64,000 nt of DNA, taken from the NCBI GenBank assembly GCA_026023565.1, contig JAPETS010000012.1, forward strand, positions 62,001 through 126,000. Direction: 5' to 3'. A program made the translations under genes and the position numbers. This document shows positions 48,829 to 61,988 of the stretch, one piece after another; the first letter of the stretch is position 1; every line of letters begins with the position of its first letter. The notes under the pieces were generated by a model that saw only the letters and a list, made by a program, of their open reading frames with translations, made no database searches and was not told where the DNA came from. This DNA is from Cirrosporium novae-zelandiae. Taxonomy: Eukaryota.

Positions 48829-50853
48829 TCATCGGGTTCTGTGGTAGGTCCAGGAATTGTCGTCCTTTTGGTCGGCATCCCGGCATGTTTGTAGGAATTC
48901 TGAATCTAGGATTTGAGAAATAGACCATCGGCTTTCAGCTTTCATGTCTAAACATGCCTCGACAAGCTCCAGTGCCGTATGGGCACTACCTTTGAGCTTG
49001 GAGGCAATGAGGATAGAATCTCGATCCCAATTGCCATTGACAATCATTTGTGCCAACTTCGATGGGAGAGAATGACGGAATGGCAGGTTTCCAGTCACTA
49101 AGGCATATAGAACCACACCAAAGGCCCAGATGTCAGCAGCAGATAGCAAAAGTCCATGCGGGCCATTTAAGACCTCCGGCGAGGAGTACTCTAAGCTCCC
49201 AGCAATTTCAATTCTTGTTTCGGTAGATCTCGCATTGGTTGCTAGAGTTTCATCAAATGATGTGCTTCCATTTTCATTTGTATAGAAATCGGCCATGCCG
49301 AAATCACAGAGCAATATTCTCCCCCCTTTCAACGCTTCGTGGGGGTCAGAAAGATCGATAAGACAGTTTTCTAGCTTGATATCTCGGTGTACAACCCGAA
49401 CATCGTTGTGGAGATAGCGAATTGCAGATGCGAGTTGATAAGCATATCGCTGAATCAGGTCCCGCGGTAGTCCTTTGCGGTTATTGCGAAGTACATCAGC
49501 CAAGGAACCGCCAGCTGTCAAGGGCATGAAACAGTAGGTTGCATCTTTTGTTTGGTATCTATCCGTCAAGGGAAGGATATTGGGGTTCTTTAGGCAATCC
49601 CAAACATAAATCTCATGCTCGAACCTATTTTGAAATTGCTCATTCTCTTGATCCGACTTGTTAGCTATTTGTTTGCGGACAATCTTAACAGCACCTCTCC
49701 AGGCCTCATGTCCATTATCATCAAACTTCGATGCTTCATGAACAACGCTGAAACCACCAAAGCCGATTTTCTTCCCAAGAACGTAATCTCCCACTTCGCG
49801 GCCCACATCATCAGGCTCTACGGGAGGGGGGTCCGAATTTGGTCCCCACATAGATAGGAATGCACTGGCTGGAGATGCTGCGCTTAGGTTCGAGACGGCA
49901 GATCTTCGCGATCCTGGCCGAAATCCTTGACGCATGCTTCTGTTTCTACCAAAAGTATAACTTTGCGCTCGGGGTTGGGAGAATTTTCTGTTTGGTAGTC
50001 CCCACTTAGTTGATTCCTCAAAAGACCAAGGTCCATTGCCTTGAGAGCCGACTTGGAGAGAGGAAAGCATGAAAGTTGTATTCTCTTCAATGGGTGTAAT
50101 GGCTTCATTGTCACGGGGCGAGACAGTGGACTGTGAAGTCAGGGAAGGGGGCTGCAGGATGTGCCCTTCACTAGCCATTTTGTGGACAGATGTATTTAGG
50201 ATGGAATAACATGGATGTTCTTTGTGAATAGGTTCTGTACGGAGTCTGCTTCTTCCTCGATCGCCAGATTCCTGCTCAGTAAAAGGGCTATTGTTTTCTA
50301 AGGAGCTTCCTCTACCTGCAGATTTGGTCCTATCATCTGCCATTGCATCGAGCAAAGAAGTACGTCGACGTCCATCCCTTCGCCGTCTGAAACTTGGTTC
50401 ACGTAGTGGTCTATCTAATGGTTTTTGTTCACTCATCTTGAGCACAACGTTAGAATCGAAGCTGGTTGAGCTTTCTCTGGTCCTTCTAGGAAGGCTAAAA
50501 GGAAGTGAATCTCTAGAAGTCTCCAAAACATGGGAGCTAGTATTTTTCTGTACGCCATCGCTAGAGGCATGTGTACCTATACTGGGTACATCTATGGGTA
50601 AAGTCTCCACATGTTGTATGCCTTTATCATGCCTGCCTTCCTCTGCATTGTTCGATATAGCATGCTGTCTGAAACCTGAGTCTGATGATGGTTGGAAATC
50701 AACAGCCAAGTCTTGATCATTAACCTCATCAATTATGGCCGTCTCCAATCCATTGTGTCCATCTACAGCCTCATCCAAAGGGGTAGCAGCAAGGCACGAA
50801 TTATCGTTTTGTGGTGATCCTAGAAGTCGATGCCAGGCGCCAGCGAATGCCAT
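48829..50853 (-). CDS. Serine/threonine protein kinase (CAMK-like) with a long disordered N-terminus, single exon
   Basis: IGFGGFSVV, AVKIV, HRDIKLEN, DFG, GSLEYSSPE, DIWAFGVVLY. Confidence 0.95.
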   Translation of the reverse strand: MAFAGAWHRLLGSPQNDNSCLAATPLDEAVDGHNGLETAIIDEVNDQDLAVDFQPSSDSGFRQHAISNNAEEGRHDKGIQHVETLPIDVPSIGTHASSDGVQKNTSSHVLETSRDSLPFSLPRRTRESSTSFDSNVVLKMSEQKPLDRPLREPSFRRRRDGRRRTSLLDAMADDRTKSAGRGSSLENNSPFTEQESGDRGRSRLRTEPIHKEHPCYSILNTSVHKMASEGHILQPPSLTSQSTVSPRDNEAITPIEENTTFMLSSLQVGSQGNGPWSFEESTKWGLPNRKFSQPRAQSYTFGRNRSMRQGFRPGSRRSAVSNLSAASPASAFLSMWGPNSDPPPVEPDDVGREVGDYVLGKKIGFGGFSVVHEASKFDDNGHEAWRGAVKIVRKQIANKSDQENEQFQNRFEHEIYVWDCLKNPNILPLTDRYQTKDATYCFMPLTAGGSLADVLRNNRKGLPRDLIQRYAYQLASAIRYLHNDVRVVHRDIKLENCLIDLSDPHEALKGGRILLCDFGMADFYTNENGSTSFDETLATNARSTETRIEIAGSLEYSSPEVLNGPHGLLLSAADIWAFGVVLYALVTGNLPFRHSLPSKLAQMIVNGNWDRDSILIASKLKGSAHTALELVEACLDMKAESRWSISQILDSEFLQTCRDADQKDDNSWTYHRTR

Positions 50854-52265
50854 TCCCCGAAGGGGTGAAACAAGTATTGGAGAGAAAGAAGTGGATTAGA
50901 AAGTGGTAATAATTTGTAGATAATCGAGTAGGATAACGTCACACCGATTAAGCCGCGTTTGTGTATCCTCCCGAGAAACCTACGGTTTCGAGGCGAGCAA
51001 TGACTAGGATAAAAGGTCTATATTCTGTTAATCAATGGAAGGATAAGAATCTTGAGACGTTTCTTTCATCAGTTGCTCTCTGGAGTAAAAGATATTTTGG
51101 AATTTAGAAATGTTACAAAGTGTGTAGGAAGCGAAAGCGAGGAGAAAGTGTTATGTATTGGAGAAGAAGAGGCTTGAGAGAGAGTGGGGGGGGGGGGGAT
51201 TTGTTGCCTTGAGAGAATCGATGATCGGGTGTCTCCGCCTTTGAGGATTTGAGGGTTCGTGGGTTCGTGGGTTCGTTTTTACTAAAAGTACCCGATAAGG
51301 GAAAAAATCTCAAGGAAACCAAAGAAACCAAAGAAACCAAAGAAACCTAAGAAACCTCAGGCTGTACTGTACTGTACTGTACGTACTCTACATCGGAGGT
51401 TCGGCCACTAAATCCCTTCAGGTTAACTTATTACTCCAACAGGACCAAGACTAAAAAACTAATTATTGATCACTTGCATAAGAAGTCTTTTTAGATGGAT
51501 AAATGAGATAAATGAGATGAGATGAAATCAGATCTGATTATATCCCGTTGCAGTAATATATGTGGAGTAACCGAATATACGCATATAGTATCTAGTGTTT
51601 ATAGAATATTGGGGAAAATCTTCTCTCCACAAAATTTAATTCAAAATTATCATCTTTGACAGTAGTTTCAATTACTATTTTGCCCCCTTCGAACCTACTT
51701 TGCAACCCTATCAGTCTATCCACCCTATCACGACTATCTTAGTAAATGCTTCTCTTTTAACCTAAACTAAGGGTCCACTGGGTCACTGGATGACTTGGTC
51801 ACTGGGTTTAGACCAGGTCACAGCGCTAGACCGGCGTCTGTTTCAAAATGTCGAGTCTAGCAAGGTCTAAGTTTACTTCGTATCAATCCTTGCCGCAGAT
51901 CCCTCTCCTTGATCAACTCTGAAAGGACGACCAGCGACCTCTTGTCAGCTCCCACGATTTTCCATCCTGTCGACTGCCACTCTCTCGCTATACTGCAGCT
52001 GGGATGAGCTCGTCTGTCTCTTCTCTCTAACTCCTTTCTCACGAAAACATCCAAAGGCTGGTCCAGGTTGCGATTCCGGCAATCATCAACAATTATTACT
52101 TTTTTTCCAACCACTTTTTTTTTTAACCACACGACTCCACATTTCAGGCGCACAAGCTCGCTCTGCATAATAAAACCGCGTACGCGTTTACTCGTCGTCT
52201 GACGACTTTTTTCTCCAAGCTTCCTTTACCCTTTACATCTAGCTTACACTATTAAATCTACCAAG

Positions 52266-55200
52266 ATGACACGACCACATATGATCAGGGCAGGTACGGA
52301 GACAGTTTGATTTGAATTTGCTGCGACCATTCATCCCTTATTGAATTGTATAGATAAATACTAATGTCTCTTAAATTTAGATACCATGGACCTTCAAGAC
52401 CAGAATGCCCCTTCCGCTCAAGACCATAGCCGACAACCTTCACATCCAGCACCCATTGGCGAAGGGTCCGCTGCTCCACATCAAGCCTCAACCTTGAAGA
52501 TGGTCGAGCAAGAATCCACAGCGAACCAGAACCAAAGTCCCCGTTCATCTACCGACGAAGAGCGGGATGACGACACGGACTACAACGGTCATGGACGGAA
52601 TCCATTCTCAAGTTCCCAAGACGACGATCAGCAGCAAAATGGTGGATATGATGGAATGGACTCCGAAGATGCCGAATTGGCCGACGCCGAAGGGGACGAT
52701 GATTTATTGGATGACGATATGGACAAAATATCTAGTTCTCCTTCAATAGAAGATGGTGGGTGTTCACTACTACCTCCGTTATGGCCCAACCGGGCGGATT
52801 CACTCCAGCCACTCTCTACACCACCAATGACCGCTTCACCAAATTCTTTCTTCAGTTCTTCTTCTCCTTATCTTGCAACACCAGAATATTTTCCTCTTTC
52901 GGAACCAGTTCAAAATGAAACATCGTTTGCACCCGAACCCATGGATTTCCTTACCCCCCAGATAATACCCCAGATCGTTCACGTGGATGAAGACAACAAT
53001 GATAGTGATATGCCTGAATCCTATTCTCCAAGCTCGAATGGTACAGATTACGAAGATGAACGTCGTGATCGTGTAAGCCCACTCATGAGCGAACAGTTGG
53101 GTTTAGGATATCGGAGTTATCTTCAACCAAATCACAATCAACACTTTTATGATTCCCATTATGACAATGATGATGATGATTTTCTGGATGTTGATGATAC
53201 CAATTTGTATAATCTTTTATTACCCGCAGATGATCCCCTTTTAGACAACAGCTTTGATGATGCACCTATTTCACCTATTTCGCCTGTCTCTAGCGAATCT
53301 TCAGAATTTACCCCATCGTGGGATGAAGATGATGCTTCAAACCAAGACGACGATTTTTCTTTTTCCGACTCCCGATTTATAGACTCCGGATGGGGAGGCG
53401 AGTGCTTACAAGATACAGAGGACATCGATTTCGAATTCGTATACGCTTTGCATACATTCGTTGCCACCGTCGAAGGTCAAGCCAATGCCACCAAAGGAGA
53501 CACCATGGTACTCTTGGATGATAGTAACAGTTACTGGTGGCTTGTACGAGTTGTCAAAGATGGAAGCATAGGTTAGTACACATCCATCTGTGAACGCTGA
53601 ATGGAATGGCTTATATATATTAGGATACCTTCCCGCGGAACATATTGAGACTCCCACTGAGCGACTTGCTAGACTAAACAAACATAGAAATATTGATGTC
53701 AGCCAATTCCAGGCCCAAAATTGGATCAAATGCTTATATTGTCAACCAGTTATCCCAAACCATGCTTGGAGACAATCCCGAAAAATCAAAGAATCCTCTC
53801 AAGAAAGCTATGCGACGAAGAACCGCAAAAACCGTCACGTTCACTGCACCAACCTATGTGGAAGCATCCGATGTTGATTACTCCTCCTCCGAGGATGACG
53901 AACCCATGTATGGTGACCAAGAAGACCCTGTTGAGTCTCAAGTTCAAGAAGTTGAGCAAGAGACAAGAGGTGAAATGGGTGTCGTCGAACCTTTACGAGT
54001 TAGAGATAGGCGAGACGGAAGTCCAGATAAGCAACGGAACAGTGAGGATGGGTTTGATCGTCAAGGTGAATCTTCCCCGAAATGTGGAACCAAAGGACCG
54101 AAGAGGCTAATTTGGATAGGCAACGCCGGTGCTGCTAAGTCACGCAACGGTATTGTACGAAATACAGATTCATTTTTCAAAGACGATACAGTCGAGACCA
54201 AGAAGATTTCATTAACACCAAAGCTTTTGAGTGATGACTCAAATGGCGCCGCAGATAGAGATTCGAACGACGTATGCCCCATCCGTGTTTTGATACAATT
54301 TATCATATGCTCACTTGTGCCTAACAGAAAACAAGAGGCAGTCTTGACACCTTCGACAAGATTACTGCCGACAAAACAAAAGATAAAAAGAAGGACAAAA
54401 AGCCCGGTATGCTCAGTGGCCTGTTCAAGAGGAAAGACAAAAAGAAATCCAGCGAAGAGGATATCGAAGTGATCGAGAAGCTCTCCGGCGAGAGCGCGCG
54501 CTCCTTGGGATCTAAAGAGTCCCTAGACTCCATACACAGTCAAAACCAAGACTCCAACAAAGGTGCTAGACCTCCGGCTTCACAGCCACAAGCGAAGGCC
54601 CAAAGACAGCATAGTAAGTTACAGAAAGTACCTCCCGATCAAACGCCTGGTCGAAATGAGTCTTCGCCATCTAAATCCGACCCAGACCCACGACCTCGAG
54701 CTCAACCCCCACAAGGCATACTCAAGACCTCCCAGCCACAAGAAGAACCCGCTGCTAGAGGCCCACAAAATGGACCTCCGCAGCGACCCCCTCGCTCTGA
54801 CGAGCGTGGAAATATGCAGAATCAACGTCCTACTGTTACCCTTGTTACTTCGAATAGCAATGGAGGCCAGCAATCAGCCTCAGGTCAAGTTCCAGAGAGA
54901 TCTCTCTCCGCGAACAGTAATAACGCCAAGTCGCCCTCGTCAATGAAGCAAATGATTGCAGGGCAGGAAGCGGAACCGATATCCGCGATGGATTCATTTG
55001 ACTCGACACCTGAGACGGAGGAGACAAATCCACTAGATTCGCAATCCCAGAGTTCAGAGAATACTCGAAATTGGGATAAGATGCAGACCACCCTGAGTCC
55101 TATCACTGAAGGGACAACAGATACGCTGTTAGAAAGTCCTGTGGAAGTTTCACCTGTTTATCCTGATGGTAAAGGAAAGGAGGAGGCTGCTGCTGGAGAT

Positions 55201-55713
55201 AAGGTTAGGGAGCTTACAACTTCTACGACAACGACAATGTCCCCCACTACAGCCAACTCCTCCCGCGGCGCTTCCCCTCTCTCATCAGCTTCATCCCCGT
55301 CTCTCATTTCACCAACCAACATGTCTCATTCCCACCCTACCCAGCCTCCCCTCACAATCCCGAAATCCGGATATTCGCCCATCGGAAGCAATCTCTCACA
55401 TTCTCCCTCTCCCTCTACAACCCCTCTTTCCAACTCTCCACCTACTCCGCTTAACAATGCCATCTCTCCATCGTCCAATTGGTCCGACAGTTCATTGCGT
55501 GTCTATATGGACACCACAGATGACGTCAAAGATCTCCTTATCATTGTCCATGATACGGGGAATGTAAGACCAGCAGGACCAGACCATCCTGTGACGGGAG
55601 GGCTTTTTGCGGAAGAGAGGAAGAGATTAGGTGAGATGGGTAGGAGGTTGGATGGATTGCTTGAGGGGTGGGTAGGAAGGAGGACACGGTCACCTGTTCG
55701 AGCTCAAAGTTGA
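52266..55713 (+). CDS. SH3-domain cell-end marker / PP1 regulator, Tea4/Bud14/TeaC family
   Basis: Exon 1 MTRPHMIRA (intron 52294-52380) then DTMDLQD; SH3 DIDFEFVYALHTFVATVEGQANATKGD...YWWLV...GYLPAEHIETPTERLARLNKHRN; RVxF-like KTVTF; C-terminal WSDSSLRVY motif. Confidence 0.92.
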
Positions 55714-56465
55714 TTTTCTTGGATTAGTAGCTTGGATTATGGGTACATCTAGATGAGACATTCGTTATGTTGGCGTTTGTTGGAGCAGATTCATGGGTGA
55801 AGACAGACCATTTATCGGTCATATGACGGAGGGCTGGATACCTTACATTCGTTGTTCTTTTTTGTTTTGTTACATTCATCGTTTACTGTGTTCTTTTCAT
55901 TCTCGGGGATTACTAGGGCCTTTACAATCTTTTTTTCTGGTGAGGGCCTCCACGGAGGTCATAGGGCATGACATGGTATTGAATTTAGGCTTGGGAGGCA
56001 CTGAGTGCTCTGCAAAATTCTTCGATCGCTGTATAATTGAAAGGTGGGCTCCTTATAGAGCCCAGTTAATTCATTACTTCTTCTAACGATAATTATATGT
56101 TTATACTTGTTAGCAATACCATTACTTTTTAATAATTGTCGCCTTGGTGATAGGAAATATCCAGGCTTCTTACGTCACCTCTCTCAGCCTTATCAGGATC
56201 TGGGCTTCGGTAAGGTCAAGTTCCGATTGAAACTCCTAACCTCACTGAGCCATCCTTTGACAGTTCAGACAACGTTAAGAGTTCTCTTATTTTAAACACA
56301 CCGCCCCGCGTGTTTTTTTCTCTCCATCTCTTTATCAAGGCATCTGTATATAGGGTATCAATTGTGTTTATTCCACTCCAACCAACTCTTTACTCCTCTC
56401 AATCATCCCCAATCTCCCCTCTTTATTGTTATAGGTCTAACTATAGAGGACCTACTTTTCTCACT

Positions 56466-57707
56466 ATGGCAACAGCAAATTCAACCCAACCTTTGGCTGA
56501 TCAACCTGAGCTAACAAGTTCGAATGATACTTCTCAAGGTCCGAGTCCCGATACCACCGCAGATGTTACGAACAAGCTCGCCAATGAGGCCAGGATATCA
56601 TCAGGTCCTTCATCTGAGAACATACCTCCAACCGGTGGCGTGATCAAGAATCTTTTCCCTCATCCTTTGCCTACTGCACAGCCAGTTCCATTGCCTGCTC
56701 TTACCGCCGACCAAGAAGCAAAATACAATGACCTGCTGAAGACGGCTTCCTCTTGGACCGAGATTGCAGACTCGGCTGCCAAAAACCCTCCAAAAAGTCC
56801 TATAACGGAAGACGAACGCATGTGGCTTACGAAAGAATGCCTTTTGCGTTATCTTCGGGCCTCCAAATGGAACCTTCATCATGCCGAGCAGAGAGTTCTT
56901 GGAACTATGACCTGGCGTCGTGAATATGGTGTGGAGGGGTTTACTTCTGAATACATTTCTCCGGAGAATGAGACAGGGAAACAGATCATTTTTGGTTACG
57001 ATATCAATGGTCGGACATGTCACTATATGGCTCCGGCTCGGCAGAATACTAAGAAGAGTGACCGACAAATTCACCATGTGGTCTGGATGCTTGAGCGGGA
57101 GATTGATATCCTGCCCCCTGGTCAAGAGACCATATGTCTCTTGATTAACTTCAAGGAAAGTAGCAGTGGTAGTAACCCCAGCATTGCCCAAGGGAAGCAA
57201 GTTCTCGACATCCTACAGAACCATTATCCCGAACGCCTTGGTCGGGCATTGATCATCAATGGTATTTACTAGAACCTCTATTCCCCTTTCATATTGACTA
57301 ACAATGCACACACAGTCCCCTGGTTTGTCTGGGGTTTCTTTAAAGTTATCACCCCCTTCATTGACCCCTTGACCCGTGAAAAACTCCACTTCAATGAGGA
57401 TCTAACAAAGCATGTTCCTCCATCTCAGCTTACAAAAGCTTTTGGCGGAGAGGTTGACTTTGAATACGATCATAGTGTATATTGGCCAGGCCTTACACAG
57501 CTAGCAGAACAAAGACGCAAAGACATGCATGAACGATGGGTCAAAGGTGGGAAGCAAATTGGCGAGCATGAGGGGTATCTTCGAGGAGGGATCGAAAAGA
57601 GCCTATCTGGTTTATCGGCACAGCCCTCGGGCGGTGGGTCTGTGGAAGAGAAAAAGACTTTAGAGACGACAGTACAGAGCCTGGGGGACCTTTCTATTCA
57701 AGCTTAA
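56466..57707 (+). CDS. Sec14-like CRAL-TRIO phosphatidylinositol transfer protein, Pdr16/Sfh3 type (intron ~57262-57315)
   Basis: WLTKECLLRYLRASKW, ENETGKQ, ILQNHYPERLGRALIIN-VPW, PFIDPLTREKL, FGGEVDFEYDHSVYWP. Confidence 0.93.
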
Positions 57708-58888
57708 TGAGGGGCGAGGATAGGATTTATGGGTTAGTTGTTTGTCGGTTTCTTGTTGCTATGGGGAGCATTAGAGTAAAAAAAAAGTAAAGAGATAGAT
57801 AACGAATAGAAGGTGACTTTAGTTTAGAGAAGTCGGAGTTGGTGGTACACGTACTGTGTGTGTGTATGTAATGTAATGGGAATTTCGGGTTATTTAGATA
57901 GGCGAGAGATTTGGGGGCCACGCTAGTCCGAAAATAAGCGATACTCATCAATTTTTTTATTTTTTTTTTACTTTCTTTACATTATTTTTCCTGGGGAAGC
58001 TTTCAAACAAAATTAATTTTTATTTTTTAGGCTTTAAAGAGGTCTTGAAATCAAATGATTGACAACTGATTTTGTTTCAAAGCCCCGAGGTGAGTCGCCT
58101 GTTCGTAATTTTCTAATATCGTAAATACAATACACGTTCAAACATGCAACCTCATTTCGACCTCCAAAAAAGTAATTTTTGGGCAATAGAACTACTATAT
58201 TGTTACCTTTCCTGTTAATTGTAATTATCATATTAGAATTCATTTTGAGCACAGAGCCTTTTTGCGGAGTATATAACTAGTACCGCTTCCTCTACAAATC
58301 TACTCAGTATTCTTTTTACATCACATCTTTAATCCCCAACATCAATGCGAGCCCTGCTTCTTCTTTTGAGACCAAAGTGGGGGCTAAACCAATTAAGACC
58401 AAAGGTTTGGAACTTTCCCCAGCAATTGCCCCAGCACCAGCACGTTCAACAAGCCCAGCCTTGAAACCTCCGCAACGACCGCATCACACCCACAAAAAAA
58501 TATTAACACGACTACGATAACTAAAAAACCTGAAGATTTTCCCTCTTCTAACCCCCATCTAACCCCCCATCTAACCCCCCCCCCCCCCCTTGGTCCGCTC
58601 ATCCGCTATCCGTCAGCCGTCAGCTACAAGAGATTACACTACTGACCTGATTCGCTCTTCGGCTAGTCACACAACATCCTTCGATAGCTTCATCACACAT
58701 TCCAGGTTGACAATCAGACGAAAGCAAAGGAAAACCCCAGAGAAGACGCCCCTAGAGAGAGCACAACTATCTCGTTCCATCTAGTTCCATGCCGTCTCTT
58801 TGGTCCTTTTGGAGCAGATTCCTTCCTTAACTTCCCTGCATCTGGACCACCTTTACCCTTCGGCTCTCCTGCATTGTCGCATTCTCCT

Positions 58889-60425
58889 ATGGACGAAGAC
58901 CAGGACCCCACCAAGCCGGGTGCAACAGTTTCAACCACCGCTGAAAAGGCTGAGCCTGCCACTGAGCCCACCGATGCCAACACATCGAGTCCGAAAACCA
59001 GCCCGAAAACCAGCCCGAAAACCAGCCCGACCGCCGTCCTTGGTCACGAGGGTTTTGTCCAGCCATCTTCTTACCTTCGTCCAAGAGCTCACTCGCGTCC
59101 AATGACACCCACTCAACCTGAACGGCCCATAGATAGGGACCAGCGAAGAGGTTTGGTATGTTGTGCCCTGATCCAGCCGCAATTGGCAAACAGAAAAATA
59201 TCTACATTCATATTCCCCCCCCCCGAGCAGCACAATCACATAAACTTCCCCAACGGTAGAATGCTTGCTAATCATCTTGACCATCATCTAGCGAGCCATC
59301 CGTAGCTTTCTCAAGGTTCGCACGAGTTATGATGTCCTTCCCTTGAGTTTCAGACTCATCGTCTTCGATACCACGCTATCGGTCAAGGAAAGCCTCAATA
59401 TCCTTATCCAAAATGGCAATTATCCCCCGTCTTATCAGATACTGTCCGTTACAATTCTAACGTCCAAGCAGGCATTGTTTCTGCTCCTCTCTGGGACTCG
59501 CAAAATTCCGCCTTCGCAGGGCTGCTGACCACATCTGACTATATTAACGTTATACAATACTACTGGCAGAATCCCGCCCAGTTGGATCAGATCGACCAGT
59601 TCCGTCTGAATAGTCTGCGCGGTTGGTCGATGGCCCTACAACGCCTAGTTTCTCGTGCTGACGTGCGGTCAGAGATTGAGAAAGCTATTGGAGCGGCTCC
59701 TCTTGAAACTGTATCGATTGATCCCCAGAAACCCTTGTATGAGGCATGCCGTCGAATGCTTGAGTCTCGTGCTAGGAGAATTCCATTAGTAACTGCTGAT
59801 GGCGAATCTAACCGATCCCAAGTCGTTAGCGTTGTGACCCAGTATCGAATCTTGAAATTCGTAGCTGTCAACGTTGGGGATACCCAACTTCTTCGCAGAC
59901 CTCTACGGGAAATTCGACTCGGTACTTATGATCGGATTCAAACAGCAACCATGGATACCCCAGTTATAGACGTCATTCATAAGCTCGTCAAATATAGCAT
60001 ATCCAGCGTTCCAATTCTCAACAGTGATGGTGCGTTGTGTTGATTCTTTTAATTACGACATCTTGCTAATGCTGAACAGGGCTCCTTATAAATGTCTTTG
60101 AAGCCGTGGATGTTATTACACTTATAAAAGGCGGTGTTTACGATAACCTCAATTTCAATGTTGGAGAGGCATTACGCAAAAGACAAGATGTGAGTAGATA
60201 TTGTCTCTCGGTTTTGAGCGAAAAACTGATTCAATCTTCCAGGACTTTCCGGGTATATATACTTGCTCTATTGACGATGGAATGGACACAGTCTTTGATA
60301 CTATTCGGAAATCGCGTGTTCATAGGCTGGTCGTTGTTGATGAGGATAATCGGTTGATTGGCATCCTCACACTAAGCGACATTTTGAAATACATTCTCCT
60401 TGAAGGTGAAGGTGATGATGCTTAA
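58889..60425 (+). CDS. SNF4: AMPK/Snf1 gamma subunit (four CBS domains), 6 exons
   Basis: [96 protein letters not shown]. Confidence 0.96.
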
Positions 60426-61094
60426 AGGTTTGGCATAGCTATGGCGTTTTCATGAATTTCAATGATACCGTTGCTTAGGAAGGGGGAAATCAGCATAATG
60501 AAATGGCGAACGGTAAGGATATTTTTGTGTGGAAATTAGGGTTCACTTTTTGAAATCTCCGGCTTTTAACTACAACCGCCGAGAAGAAAGGAAGGACAAA
60601 GATTTATGTTTTTTCTGAGTATAGATGTTTTAACGTCCCTCATATGTTTCCTCCCCCACCGAATCATGACTATTACCATTATGCTCCGCTGTTGGGAAAT
60701 ATTGTTTTTTAGATGCAAGAGGAAGCCTTTTCCCTCCCCCCAAGACCAAAAACTCTCAGACGAGGGCCTCTGATCGATCGTGTTGCTCGTTCCTTCCTTG
60801 CCTTGAATTACCAATTTACGATGGACCGTAATGAATGACAATGGCTAGCACGGGGGATGACGATGGAATGACAATATCTCCAATCAAAGTCAATTCCAGA
60901 AGACACTATCCATACATACTTTTATCATAATTCCACTCTCATTAGCCATCCACCAGAAAGGATATTTTCTCATGGATCCTAGCTAACTAGTTAGCTGGAC
61001 ACCTTATCCTAGTAAGTATCCTTTCACATCGTATCACATTGGTGTTTTCTTGTGGTGGTTTTTATCAATAATGAAAAGTTTTACATCTATAGAC

Positions 61095-61385
61095 ATGGAA
61101 CAGCATGTGGCTACGATTTTCCAAAAATTGACTCGGGATATAGAAGGCAGTATCATTACCTCCAGTGAATTGTCCACTACACTGCTACATATGGATGAGA
61201 AACTGCGTTCTCAGAAAGACATTCCTGCAGGGAATAGAAGGTTCCTTGACCCAATATTCGATACCATTTGCCATGCAATTCATACGCGAGACAAGGGCCA
61301 GACTTCCTTGATCATTACTGCTATTGGATTTCTTGCCTTGGTTGCAAGTCTTACAAAATTGCCACCAACCCCCGGAGAAGTCTAA
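61095..61385 (+). CDS. Hypothetical 96-aa protein with a near C-terminal hydrophobic segment
   Basis: ATG lies directly after a GTAAGT..TAG intron-like stretch (61012-61092); open frame with segment LIITAIGFLALVASL; no family recognised. Confidence 0.35.
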   Translation: MEQHVATIFQKLTRDIEGSIITSSELSTTLLHMDEKLRSQKDIPAGNRRFLDPIFDTICHAIHTRDKGQTSLIITAIGFLALVASLTKLPPTPGEV

Positions 61386-61988
61386 GCCTTCCAAGGGCGA
61401 GTCTGGGTTCTCGAAGCACCGAGCAAACTCTTCCAGGAGAATGAAGCCCGCGGGGAAGAGAAAAAGAATTCATCCTGAATAAACTAAGCCCATTTTTAGT
61501 TATGTAGTGATGGTTATTGCAGCCAATGATTTTACGTTGAGGGAGTGTGGAGTTGACAGGTTATGCCCATTAAAGTAATGCTTGAGAGTTATGCAAGTAC
61601 TATCTAATCAGTAATGCTATGCATTTGTACAGTACATGGAATGTACCTATTGGAGTAATCTCTTAGATTTATGCATCAAGGCCGAGATTCGGACCGACGC
61701 ATGAAGGTTATCCGGATTAAGCTGCCATGCATGGCCCACGGAGCTTGTTAACAAGGAATTGCTGTTTGGATGTCCAAAATATCAATGTTAGATCCTCTGC
61801 TGTACCCGATGCTGATCATACTAACTAATTGTTCATTAATATTCTTCGATCGCCATTTCTAGAAATGTACCACCGTGCAAACTTGGATTTAACGAATGCT
61901 ACTCAGTTCTGTTATCGCTTGTCTTAGTCAAGCAAGAGTGTCCACTAAATTACACAACTACTATTTACACCTTTAATGTTCCCACCCG

